A stretch of 64,000 bases of DNA from Zootoca vivipara (taxonomy: Eukaryota), in contig NC_083284.1 in the NCBI RefSeq assembly GCF_963506605.1, positions 28,458,001 through 28,522,000 on the forward strand. The letters run 5' to 3'. How positions within the stretch are numbered: position 1 is the first letter of the stretch; each line of letters opens with the position of its first letter. Positions 53,414-64,000 of this stretch are shown here, in pieces. Position numbers and translations under genes: made by a program. A model generated the notes under the pieces. It was not told the origin of the DNA. It saw only the letters and a list, made by a program, of their open reading frames with translations, and made no database searches.

Positions 53414-54592
53414 CTAAGCCAGAAACAAAAAATACCACCAACAGCTTTAATAAAGAAGTACAAAGGAAGAGGCCAAATGTTTTCACTGCCTGTGCCATTT
53501 TTCACAGGCCATTTGATGGACACAAGAATTTTACACTTTTACCCCACCTCAAATGTATTATGTTACAGGACAGCTCTGTGGGTGCCCTACAGAAGTTTTT
53601 TTCCCCTGTGGAATGTAGCTCCAAGAAAGTTTTGGCTGCTAAATAAATAAATAAATAAAGCGATCCAATTATATTATATCACCTAATATAATCAATAAGA
53701 ACATATCTATTTATTAGCCTCCAGTTCAGAATGCAACAACAGTTTAGTTATTAATTACTGATTATCTGCTGTGTTTACAATAAGCAATTATGAGGAATAA
53801 ATCCATAGTTTAGCTTTCACCTAGCTTGTGCCCTCCAAATGTTTTAGGCTACAACTCCCAAACATCTGAAGGGAACCAGGTTGGCGAAGGCAGCCACAGT
53901 CCATAGTTTACAATGATTTTTGTCCCATAGGCTTAAATGAGTCTCAGTGAATTCAGGCAATGCTGTGGAAGAGTTGAAACAGTGTCCAGAGTCAGGAATA
54001 GACTGGATGAGGGCCAATAAACTGAAGATCGTTTCAGACTTCAGACAGTGATACAGAAGATGAATAAAAATGTGCTGTGCTTTCTCTACCCCTGCTCCCA
54101 ATAATGTTTATTTTAAAGTTATGTTTTTATTATGAATTTTTTTGGATTGGATCATATGTGTGATCTTTGCTGTCTATTTCGGCAGTTTCTTGCAAACTGC
54201 CTTGTGTATAGTAATGTGGAAAGGCAGTATACAAATTAAGAGTGGAAAGAAATGGAAAATGTTCCCTTGCCAACTTCCCCCCAGAAACTCCCTCAGCTCT
54301 CGGCATTGTACCTTTGCCACCAGAGGGGGCAGAAGACATACCAGCTTGACCTAAGTCCAGTCAAGAAATAGAGGGTGACCTCTTTAATCAAAGTTACACC
54401 CTGGAAGAGATGTGTCCTGCAGGGCTATTTCAGCCTTCAACAAGTTTCAGACCAGCACTGAAGCAACACTCCGGATTATCCGCTTCATTTATAGTAGGCA
54501 ACCATATCATAATTATTATTATTTTGCTACATTCACACCATTTAAATAAGTATCATACCACTTGAAACAGTCATGGCTTCCCAGTTGTTAGG

Positions 54593-54936
54593 TAAAGGGG
54601 ACCCCTGACCATTAGGTCCAGTCGTGACCGACTCTGGGGTTGCGCGCTCATCTCACATTATTGGCCGAGGGAGCCGGAGTACAGCTTCCAGGTCATGTGG
54701 CCAGCATGACAAAGTCGCTTCTGGCAAACCAGAGCAGCACATGGAAACGCCGTTTACCTTCCCGCTGTAGCGGTTCCTATTTATCTACTTGCATTTTGAC
54801 GTGCTTTCGAACTGCTAGGTTGGCAGGAGCTGGGACCAAGCAACGGGAGCTCACCCCGTCACAGGGATTCGAACCGCCGACCTTCTGATCAGCAAGCCCT
54901 AGGCTCAGTGGTTTAACCACAGCACCACCTGGGTCC
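54593..54936 (-). mobile_element. Full-length Sauria SINE
   Basis: ~97% identical to 15085-15430 in reverse orientation; TSD CCAGTTGTTAGG at 54581-54592 and 54937-54948. Confidence 0.93.
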
Positions 54937-54989
54937 CCAGTTGTTAGGAGACCCCTATTTCCTTCCGAAAGCTATAATGTCAACAACAA

Positions 54990-55001
54990 CAACAATTAAT
55001 A

Positions 55002-55053
<52 letters not shown>

Positions 55054-55255
55054 TTCTACCCCACCCATCTGGCTGGGTGGCTTTCAACGGAACATTAAAC
55101 ATTAAAAACAGAACAAAACTTCAAACATTAAAAACTTCCCTAAACAGGGCTGTGTTCAGATGTCTTCTAAAAGTCAGATAGTTGTTTATTTCCATAACAT
55201 CTTATGGGAGAGCGTTCCACAGGGCAGGCGCCACTACCGAGAAGGCCCTCTGCAA
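54990..55255 (-). mobile_element. L2-like LINE 3' end with (AAT)n tail
   Basis: Same family as 22561-22800. Confidence 0.65.
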
Positions 55256-57272
55256 TTACCAGAGTTCCCTGGGATGAGGGCCTAACTATTAAGCCACTCT
55301 AAGAACTGTAGCTCTGTCAGGGAGATAGGTGTCTCTTAACAACTCTCAGCACCCTTGACAAACTGCTGTTCTTAGGATTCTTTGGGAATCCTAAGTCATG
55401 AGTGTTTTAAATGGTATGATACCCCTTTAAACATGTAGAGCAGATGGGGCCTCAGTCTTGCACCCAGCTCCAATAGTGCTATTGTCCCAGGTTCTGGTGC
55501 TAAACTACCATTTGTCTCACTGTTGTATTTTCTCCCTGCCAAGTTCTACAAGTAAGGGCTAGCTAGTGGGGTTTTTTTGGAGGTTCAGGCATGAGCAGGA
55601 AACAAGGTTTCCAATTCCATTAGTTTCAGAAAGTTTACACGTATCTCTTAGATTTTCCTGTCATAAATAAATTGAAAGCACAGCAAAACCTCTTCTGATT
55701 TGAATCTGTAATACATGTTTTCCTCTGCCCTTTAACATAATTAACTAATACGTACCAAGAAACGTTTCCACTCATCCCAATTATGCTCCAGGCTAATCTG
55801 TGAGCAACTGCCAACATTACATGTCTGTTCTATGTCTTAAAAGCAAAACGGTGGCCAAAATTATGCATCTTTACAAAGCTGGAAAAGTCAAATGTGCAAG
55901 TATCCTCGTGAAACTTTTTAAAAACTCCCTCAAAAATCCACAGTAAGAAGAAAACCAATTAATTTTTTATTACCCTTAGCACAACTTGAGCTAAGGTCCA
56001 GTATGAGGAGTGCTAAGGCTCGATTAGTCTGCAAGGGTTGTTTAGAAATAATAATAGAAACAACAGTGAAAACTTTGATCTAGAATTTTTGAACAATAAT
56101 GCACTTCCACCATACATGCATGTAATCCCCAGGCTTCCAACACCCTTTCCAGTACAGAAGGAAAGACAGCCTGTGGTTTATTTTAGCTAGTCTTATTGGT
56201 GTCCAATACCAGTGGAAGATGATTTTGAGGGAGGCATGCAGATACTGTGCTTAAAGGGTGACTTTGCCAGACAGTCTCCCACCTGTGAGCCTCTTATCTT
56301 TTCTCTTAACTCTGCCTGCCTTAACTTTCATAATTTCCCATATTATGGTCCGATATTACACTATAGATTAGGGAGGCTGCCCCTTGGAAGTCATAGTTTG
56401 ATTTAAAGCATAGAGACACAGATGTAGTGAAGGATCATTAGCCCTCCCCTGTGCACTCCACGTAGCATGCAAAAGTGTAACCTTGTAATGCTCTGAACCA
56501 TGTCTGTCCAACAGTTTCAAAACGGAAGCACATAAGGATATCCAGTTTCACCTAGTCCAGCACTTTGTCTTCAACAATAACTACCCAGTTGTTCTTAGGA
56601 AGCCCACAATGATTGTCAGAGGGGATTTTGGGGGGGGGAGGTGAATGGTCATCTGTGAAACTGGCCAGTCAGTGTCTCACAGGCTACAGGCTCACCTGGC
56701 AGCAGTGGCTGGATCTGTGAAAACCGCTCATCATGTTAAAATCCCCCCTCCCAGTCACTGCCACTCAGGTAAGCCCAGCACACAGCCAGGGGAATAGCAG
56801 GAAGAACCAAACTGGCACGGACATCAGTTCTGGTTGTCCTGCTATGATGCAGCTACCCAAGAACATGAGAAGAGCCCTGTTAGATCAGGTCAAAGGTCCA
56901 TCTTTGGCCAACATCCTGTTCTCACAGTGGCCAATCAGATGCCCACAGAAAGCCCACAAGCAGGATCTGAATGCAACAGCGCACTCCCCAATTGTAAATC
57001 CCAGCATACTGCCTCTGAGAAGGGTACTCTGGGCTGACACCAGCCCAGGTGATAGTGATAAAACATGTGCTTGTGTTTCTTTCCACAAACTGGTACTCAA
57101 GTGCCCTGCTTCTGAACATGGAGCTCTCATTCTCTTCCTCTGAACACTTTGGTTTTCTCAGTTAATAGCCACAGATAGGCCGGCATTTTCTTGAATCCAG
57201 ATTCAGCTCAGGAAATGTGAACACTGGGAAGTGATTCCCTAAACACTGGTGATTTCAACATTTTATGCTTAC

Positions 57273-57394
57273 CAGTGTGCACATTTTCCTTGTGTTTTTT
57301 CAGAGCATCCTTGCTCTTGAACCTCTTCCCGCAGCTGTCAGCCTTGCATACGAACCTGGCATCACCTCGGCATGCTTCTTTGTGTTGCTCGTAG
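57273..57394 (-). CDS. PRDM5: PRDM5 exon 7, 122 nt
   Basis: tcag|C acceptor, G|gtaag donor; encodes [40 protein letters not shown](G). Confidence 0.95.
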
Positions 57395-57690
57395 CTGATG
57401 TTGGAGAGTTGGAGAGTAGGGAAAAAATAATACATCAAGAAATAAGATACTTCCCCCCTCTCCAAAAAGAATCAGCCTCTCAGCAGGCATTTTGAGTGCG
57501 CTTAACACATGCTGCGCAGAAGACTTCTGGGGTCACTTCATGCATAACCTACTGCAGGTAGGCATGAAAGCATTTCTCGTCTTGCACAGTTAGGGTTCAG
57601 AAAACAACTAAGAAACTTGAAAAGCAAGCAAGCATGCAAAAGGGAGGTCAGCAGCAGGATGAGAGCAGTCCAGTAATTCTGACATGGAAC

Positions 57691-57783
57691 CTCAATTCTG
57701 AGCTGAAGGATGTGTTGCAAACAGAACACTGAAAACTTCTTGAACGATCTCCCGGGTTGACATTCTCTGTGCACTGGAGAACA
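57691..57783 (-). CDS. PRDM5: PRDM5 exon 6, 93 nt, symmetric phase 2-2
   Basis: atag|T acceptor, AG|gttcca donor (weak); encodes (H)VLQCTENVNPGDRSRSFQCSVCNTSFSSEL(S). Confidence 0.88.
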
Positions 57784-58843
57784 CTATCAGGAAAGACAAA
57801 AGAAAATACATGCATTTGCTTAAATTGTGTGGGTGTTTGATGCCATCCACATTTATGCTATGTTTGTTTGTTTTCCAAAATAAAACAGAAGTCAAACATT
57901 CCAAGGTCAATTAGATTTCAGGGGTTGACTGGCTTTCCACAAATCCTGGGATATTTGTCCAAGGGGAAAGCATATAGGCATTATTGAAGGAAATTGTGAA
58001 TATTATGATGAGCCACTTAATTTGTGGTTTAGCCATCTTAATACAATAATGTATGGTCTTTAAATTTAGTAATCTGAATTTTCAAAGTTTATAGTTAAAT
58101 TATATACTTTTTGTTGTTTTTAATTTACTAGGTGTCTTGAAGAGGGGACCATGACCACAACACAAATCAACATTCAAGTTATAGGGCTAGATCTGCAAAA
58201 TCTATTTTGGACTACAACTCCCATCAGCCCAGCCAAAACAATATTTTCTTATTGTTGTTCTTTTTTGGGTGGTTTCCATATTTTTAAGGCTGCAGAATGC
58301 AATAGTATTTTTCTGTGGTAATCTGACAAAAAAAATTGCCCCTGAAGAAGGAAAACTATTTCTGAAACATGTTGGGATTAACAGCTACAGTGTAAACCTC
58401 TGAAAACCCTTTGTTCTTTTTCTCTTCCACAAACATTAACACAACTGATTCACAATGGATCTCTAGAGATCCACTGCATTCCAGTGAACTACTTACATGT
58501 ACATTGTTTATAATACACACCAGTATATAGAAAACTTCTAAAATTCCTGCTTTCATGGGAAATCATGCCCGTTTTATTTAAACGGTTGCCTTTTACAAAG
58601 ATTGTGCCTCAGAATGCAAATCAATGGGGGAGAAAATGTTCCATTTCTGCTGGAAAGAGGAGCTGTGTATAATTTCCTTGTATAATTTCCAGTGGTCTGC
58701 TGCAGCTCCAATGTACAATATTTACTTAAGAAATTTTCCTCTGCACTTCAAACACATTCCAGGGTTGCTTTTTCAAAAACAAAATACACAATTAAAATAT
58801 GGAATATTTTCACATGCTGAATCCCCTGAAGAGAAACAAAATG

Positions 58844-58846
<3 letters not shown>

Positions 58847-58926
<80 letters not shown>
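58847..58926. repeat. Compound (CT)n(AT)n microsatellite
   Basis: Seen directly. Confidence 0.95.
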
Positions 58927-59104
58927 GGACGCCAGACTTAATAACCTCTCACAAATTGTTTTCCTATAGCTGCTTTATGTATACCTTTAAAACACAGTAT
59001 CTTTTCTCATTTTAATTTGTTACAAATAGGCTTCAAGTTTGATCTTCTTGTTATGCAATTTTATTTGCTATTAATTCAATTTTAATTGTTCTCTTATGTT
59101 TTCA

Positions 59105-60073
59105 TGTTGTTGTTGTTTAGTCGTTTAGTCGTGTCCGACTCTTCGTGACCCCATGGACCAGAGCACGCCAGGCACTCCTGTCTTGCACTGCCTCCCGCAG
59201 TTTGGTCAAACTCATGTTCGTAGCTTCGAGAACACTGTCCAACCATCTTGTCCTCTGTCGTCCCCTTCTCCTAGTGCCCTCAATCTTTCCCAAAATCAGG
59301 GTCTTTTCCAAGGATTCTTCTCTTCTCATGAGGTGGCCAAAGTATTGGAGCCTCAGCTTCAGGATCTGTCCTTCCAGGGAGCACTCAGGGCTGATTTCCT
59401 TAAGAATGGATAGGTTTGATCTTCTAGCAGTCCATGGGACTCTCAAGAGTCTCCTCCAGCACCATAATTCAAAAGCATCAATTCTTCGGCGATCAGCCTT
59501 CTTTATGGTCCAGCTCCCACTTCCATACATCACTACTGGGAAAACCATAGCTTTAACTATACGGACCTTTGTCGGCAAGGTGATGTCTCTGCTTTTTAAG
59601 ATGCTGTCTAGGTTTGTCATTGCTTTTCTCCCAAGAACCAGGCGTCTTTTAATTTCGTGACTGCTGTCACCATCTGCAGTGATCAAGGAGCCCAAGAAAG
59701 TAAAATCTCTCACTGCCTCCATTTCTTCCCCTTCTATTTGCCAGGAGGTGATGGGACCAGTGGCCATGATCTTGGTTTTTTTGATGTTGAGCTTCAGACC
59801 ATATTTTGCGCTCTCCTCTTTCACCCTCATTAAAAGGTTCTTTAATTCCTCCTCGCTTTCTGCCATCAAGGTTGTGTCATCTGCATATCTGAGGTTGTTG
59901 ATATTTCTTCCGGCAATCTTAATTCCGGCTTGGGATTCATCTAGTCCAGCCTTTCGCATGATGAATTCTGCATATAAGTTAAATAAGCAGGGAGACAATA
60001 TACAACCTTGTTGTACTCCTTTCCCAATTTTGAACCAATCAGTTGTTCCATATCCAGTTCTAACTGTAGCTTC
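59105..60073 (-). mobile_element. 5'-truncated BovB (RTE-clade) LINE with uninterrupted RT C-terminus
   Basis: EATVRTGYGTTDWFKIGKGVQQGCILSPCLFNLY, NLRYADDTTL, FELWCWRRLLRVPW, HGVTKSRTRLND*; (CAA)n tail. Confidence 0.95.
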
Positions 60074-60574
60074 ATAGAAGCATAGAATTGGAAGGGGCTG
60101 TGTGTGTCATCTGGTTTAACCCCCTGCAATGCAGAACCCACACATTCGTAGCTATAATGATGTTCCCCAAGCTTGTTGCATTATCCAAAATGTTCAGCGA
60201 AAACAGCCAACGTGGGCTGTGGTACTTTGAAGGAATGCTTGGAGACTAACATGAAAGCCTACCCAGAAGAAAACTCCTGCTCCAATACTTCCGTTTCATA
60301 GACAACACAGGACAAACTCAGGTTTCTCACTGAGGGAACATTCAGCAGGAAGTCAAATCCTGGCTTCTCTGAGAAGTACCCCTGCTGCAGCGCATCTGTC
60401 TGCACACAACTTCTGTCATATTCCAGGTATAAGATGTTTTCATTCAAAAATGTACATTTTAAAGTAGTCTAAAAATGTTTGCCAACTTTGCAATTCACCC
60501 ATCCCTAAAGAAAAGAAATTCAAGTTAATGATCTGAGTGACATAGAATCGTATTTTATGATGTTCTAGACTTAC

Positions 60575-60749
60575 TGCCTCTGCAGAGCTTGCTTAACTGG
60601 GAATTTCTTCCCACAATTCCTGCATTTGAATTCCTTTTCCTCACTGGGTTTTTGGTGCAATGTCTGAAGGTGTTCAGCGAGGATTTCCTGGCTGGCAAAA
60701 CTGGATTCACAGTTAGGGCAGGCATGGTCCTCTTTGCAACTAAAAGAAT
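60575..60749 (-). CDS. PRDM5: PRDM5 exon 5 (ZF1, start of ZF2), 175 nt
   Basis: gcag|AT acceptor, CA|gtaag donor; encodes (D)[57 protein letters not shown](H). Confidence 0.95.
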
Positions 60750-61673
60750 CTGCATGGCAAAGAAGAAAAATTCAAAAAATCATTTCCTGCGTATAACATG
60801 TTTGGAAAATTATATTCTAAGAAAATGCTCTAGTGAAGGAGGAGTCACCAATATTTTCAAAGCTGTGGTGAGTTCATATTACTGCAGAAAGAAACATGAT
60901 TAATTCAGCTGACATCTGAAAACAGCAAAGAAATCTAATTATGTTTGTTCATTTCTGTGCAACCTATTTTTCTGCATCACTTTGCCTTGGTGTAACCCTC
61001 TAGCATACATTGCTATAATAATTCTGCACACAGTTGGAAAGAGAACTGGTGCTCTTTATATTATAAAGGGCTGTAAGTTTCCGTTTCCTAAGTGGCAACT
61101 CTTTTGAAAAGACTGCTGTGTTGCTGAAGTGACTGAGATGAGGCAATGTTGCTGTGTTGCTGAAGTGACTGAGATGAGATCAACTTTCACGGAAGAGTTT
61201 TTGTGGTGACACAACCTAAAAGAACTTGGGGGAGAGGGACAGTGATCTGTTTTATTATATCATTTATGTAAATTCTATCACTTATGATTTTTTTTGAGTT
61301 TTATGTTATTTCATTAAACAAAGGATAAGTCCTTTGCTGTGAGCGCCTTCTAAGACGCTTAAGAAAGAACCTTAAATATATATTTTAAAACTGAAATAAT
61401 CTTATAAAAAAGTCACATAGAGAGGTGTGATTTTTTCCCAGTAATGTGTAAGAATAGAATCCTGTTTCGTAGTTATGGAAGCAGAAAGGTGTGAAGTCTG
61501 AAGTAATCTTGATAGCTTGCAAAGGTTGCCATTTGTAAACTGTTCCGAAAACTGAAATTACAAAAATCCTCAACTATACAGAAAAGGTGCCCCTTGTTTT
61601 CCTAAATTAAGAAATGACTGTGTCCTTTTAAACAGATGCGCATCATTTCCATTCAGCTTCAATCCATCCATAC

Positions 61674-61872
61674 CTTTCTCACTAGTTTGTTGCAATTCCT
61701 TATGGCTGCTGTTACCATTGTTGCTGATGATGCGGTCATCTTCTTCCTGGTTAGTAATTACTTCCTCCTCTTCTTCCTCTACCTCTTCCATGTCGCTGTC
61801 AAGGTAACCAATCAGCAATTCTGTATCTGTTTCAATATCCTCAACAGCTAAGTAGAAAATATTTTCTCCTTC
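61674..61872 (-). CDS. PRDM5: PRDM5 exon 4 (C-terminal part of PR/SET domain + acidic linker), 199 nt
   Basis: cag|GAA acceptor, AAAG|gtatgg donor; encodes [37 protein letters not shown]...TSEK; phase 0 to 1. Confidence 0.93.
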
Positions 61873-62248
61873 CTGTTGGGGAAAGCAAGAGATTGGACAG
61901 TCCCTTTTGGAAAGCATACCGCTAAATTAATTTTTAAAAGCATCAAGAAATACAAGTTAAGTTTCTGAGTGGATACAAGAACAAGTAATTTTTGTCAGAT
62001 ACAAGGTGGAATTCATAGTAGTGTTGAGCAGGGTATGCATGAGCTGAACAAGGTCTGCTTGTGCAATAGGACTTTCCCGCCTCTTCTTCCTCTGTGGAAG
62101 CCCTAAACCCATTCTGAGGGTTTCCCCAGCTCCCTACAGCAGATTTGGGGGGCATACAGGTGGAAGGGGGGGGTCCCACTGCATGACTACAGCTCATTCT
62201 GATCAGCCAATTTACTTGAATCTCTTCCATTGTTTTGAAAATAATATA

Positions 62249-62509
62249 CAGTCATACCTCTGGTTACGTTCGCTGACTGTTGCGTACATCACGGGTTACG
62301 AACACGCCGAACCCGGAAGTGCCAGAACGGGTTACTTCCGGGTTTGGTGATTCACGCATGTGCAGATGCGCCAAATGACGTCACGTGCATGTGCAGAAGC
62401 GCCGAATCGCGCGGCGAGCATGCGCAGATTCGGCGCTTCAGGTTGAGTACTGCTCTGGATTCGAACGGGGCTCTGGAATGGATCCCGTTCGCATCCAGAG
62501 GTACCACTG
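62249..62509. mobile_element. Tigger-like MITE (CpG-rich)
   Basis: TA-CAGTCATACCTCTGG ... CCAGAGGTACCACTG-TA. Confidence 0.8.
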
Positions 62510-64000
62510 TACAGTATTGCTCAAAAGGTCCAGCAGGAACAACACAGACTTGTTGCACTTTTTAAAAAGTTTGTGCCATAGTAAATATATTAGTCTTTAA
62601 GATACCACAAGCCTGACTTTTCCTGTCAGACACAATTGAGCTTGTTATGTATTTATTTACTATTTGCAAACTTATAAACCAATTCACAATCAAAGGTTCC
62701 AGAGCAGTGTATGATAGAAGGAAAAGTAAGATAAAATACAAAAAAAACCCTGTAGACTCAATGAACTAGCAGCAATAAAACCATTTCTGCAATTCAACTG
62801 TACAATTAATAGTCCATAAAATGTCTGAGTCACATTTTAGGAAAAGCCTTCTTAAACAAAAATGTCTTCAGCTGCTGCCTAAATATCAGAATACTAGTTG
62901 TGTGCCTAATTTCAGTTGGTAACTGATTTCCAGACGGCTGCAATCATGTATCCTGTGGAAGCCCACCTACTAATTTTACATGCTTTTGAAGACATAAAGA
63001 TGTTTGTTTTGCAATATATCAAGCTCAGCACCAGCACCCTAGGCAGCTAGCAGGTCCCTTGAGATGTCAGGACACTGTCTGCAAGCCACCCACTGACATT
63101 TTCCAGGGTGCCATGGAGTTGCGCTATGGAACTGTGAGAGCTTACAATGCCACTTCCCAGCCCCCCATGGACTACTCCTGCTGCTTCCAACACCATGGCC
63201 AGGTATTTCCAATGTGACCTATATCTACATAAGAGGAGGTCCATGTGCCCTGGGTCCTCTCAAAACATGGAGCCAGTGCTGCAGTGTGCCTTGTGCTCTG
63301 TATCTATAGCTTTGTTGGAATTTGCAAGGCTCTTGCTTCTGCCCACCTCTCATTTACATGGGCCTGCTTTCATATGGTTCAGTCAACGGTTTTATGGTAA
63401 TGCAGACTTAGGCAACAGTTATCAGATGAGCAAAGTGCTTTGGGTTCTACCAAAGGAAAATCACATTTACCTAGCAAATGCTGCCAAGTGCTGTCGTAAA
63501 TCATAATTCTTATCTGATCAACATCCAGTAAAGTTAATTGAGCCTTGCTTACACGGTGTACATAGCCATATATTTTGTGACAAGCTTTGCGAGGCTACAG
63601 CAAGATAAGGATTTTTAATTTGCAATATGCTAAGATTCATTGAAACTGCCAACAGGGGATATCTTACTTCTAAAGCTTAGATAGGTCTGTAATGGATTAA
63701 AATGACTTATTTATGAAATGGAAAAGTCAATTTAATTTGAAAAACTTGTCAAAAGCAACAGTGTTCAAGGACCAGACAAATTTTTGCTCTTACATCAGTG
63801 ATGGAATGGGGAGAAGAAAATTAATTACATATTTTCTTCAAGATGTGTATTTCGCAGCGGAGTTCAGATAGCTATCAGAATATCTTGCCTTCATGAAAGA
63901 GTTACTTTTTCCTCTTATAGCACTGTTGCATGTCCCAGGGAATTTTAATTTACCACAATAAAAACTTAAAATAAATCAAGTTATAGGACATTCCCCCCCT

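Larger units (their letters stand above)
54540..55432. mobile_element. Palindromic MITE interrupted by a Sauria SINE and an L2 3' end
   Basis: Outer arms 54540-54579 / 55393-55432 and inner arms ~54940-54978 / 55305-55343 are reverse complements. Confidence 0.7.

Noticed and set aside
59145-60077. Plus-strand ORFs of 171 and 132 aa
   Set aside because: Antisense shadows of the BovB RT frame.
62600-64000. PRDM5 exon 3
   Set aside because: No sequence encoding the expected NWLRFV PR-domain segment was found; it presumably lies beyond the window.

Overview
This is eukaryotic (vertebrate) DNA, almost certainly from a squamate reptile and probably a lacertid lizard, judged from its Sauria SINEs, BovB, CR1-tailed tRNA-Lys SINEs and MITE families. 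The whole window lies inside the PRDM5 gene (PR/SET domain plus C2H2 zinc-finger array) on the minus strand. Twelve consecutive coding exons (equivalent to exons 4-15 by my recollection of the human gene) splice into one open frame with GT-AG junctions; exons 1-3 and the last exon lie outside the window. The introns hold a full-length, apparently intact L1 LINE (4327-10681, 15-bp TSD, ORF1+ORF2), a solo LTR (38-388), young 5'-truncated CR1 and BovB LINEs, SINEs, several Tc1/mariner and hAT MITEs, L2 remnants and microsatellites. The most unusual structure is a composite Sauria SINE at 15085-15620. It carries a perfect copy of 127 bp of flank from a second Sauria SINE 39 kb away (54463-54936), creating a ~475-bp inverted repeat that brackets an in-frame 672-nt block of exons 8-13. 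I found no evidence for a prokaryotic-type system (CRISPR, operon, rRNA).
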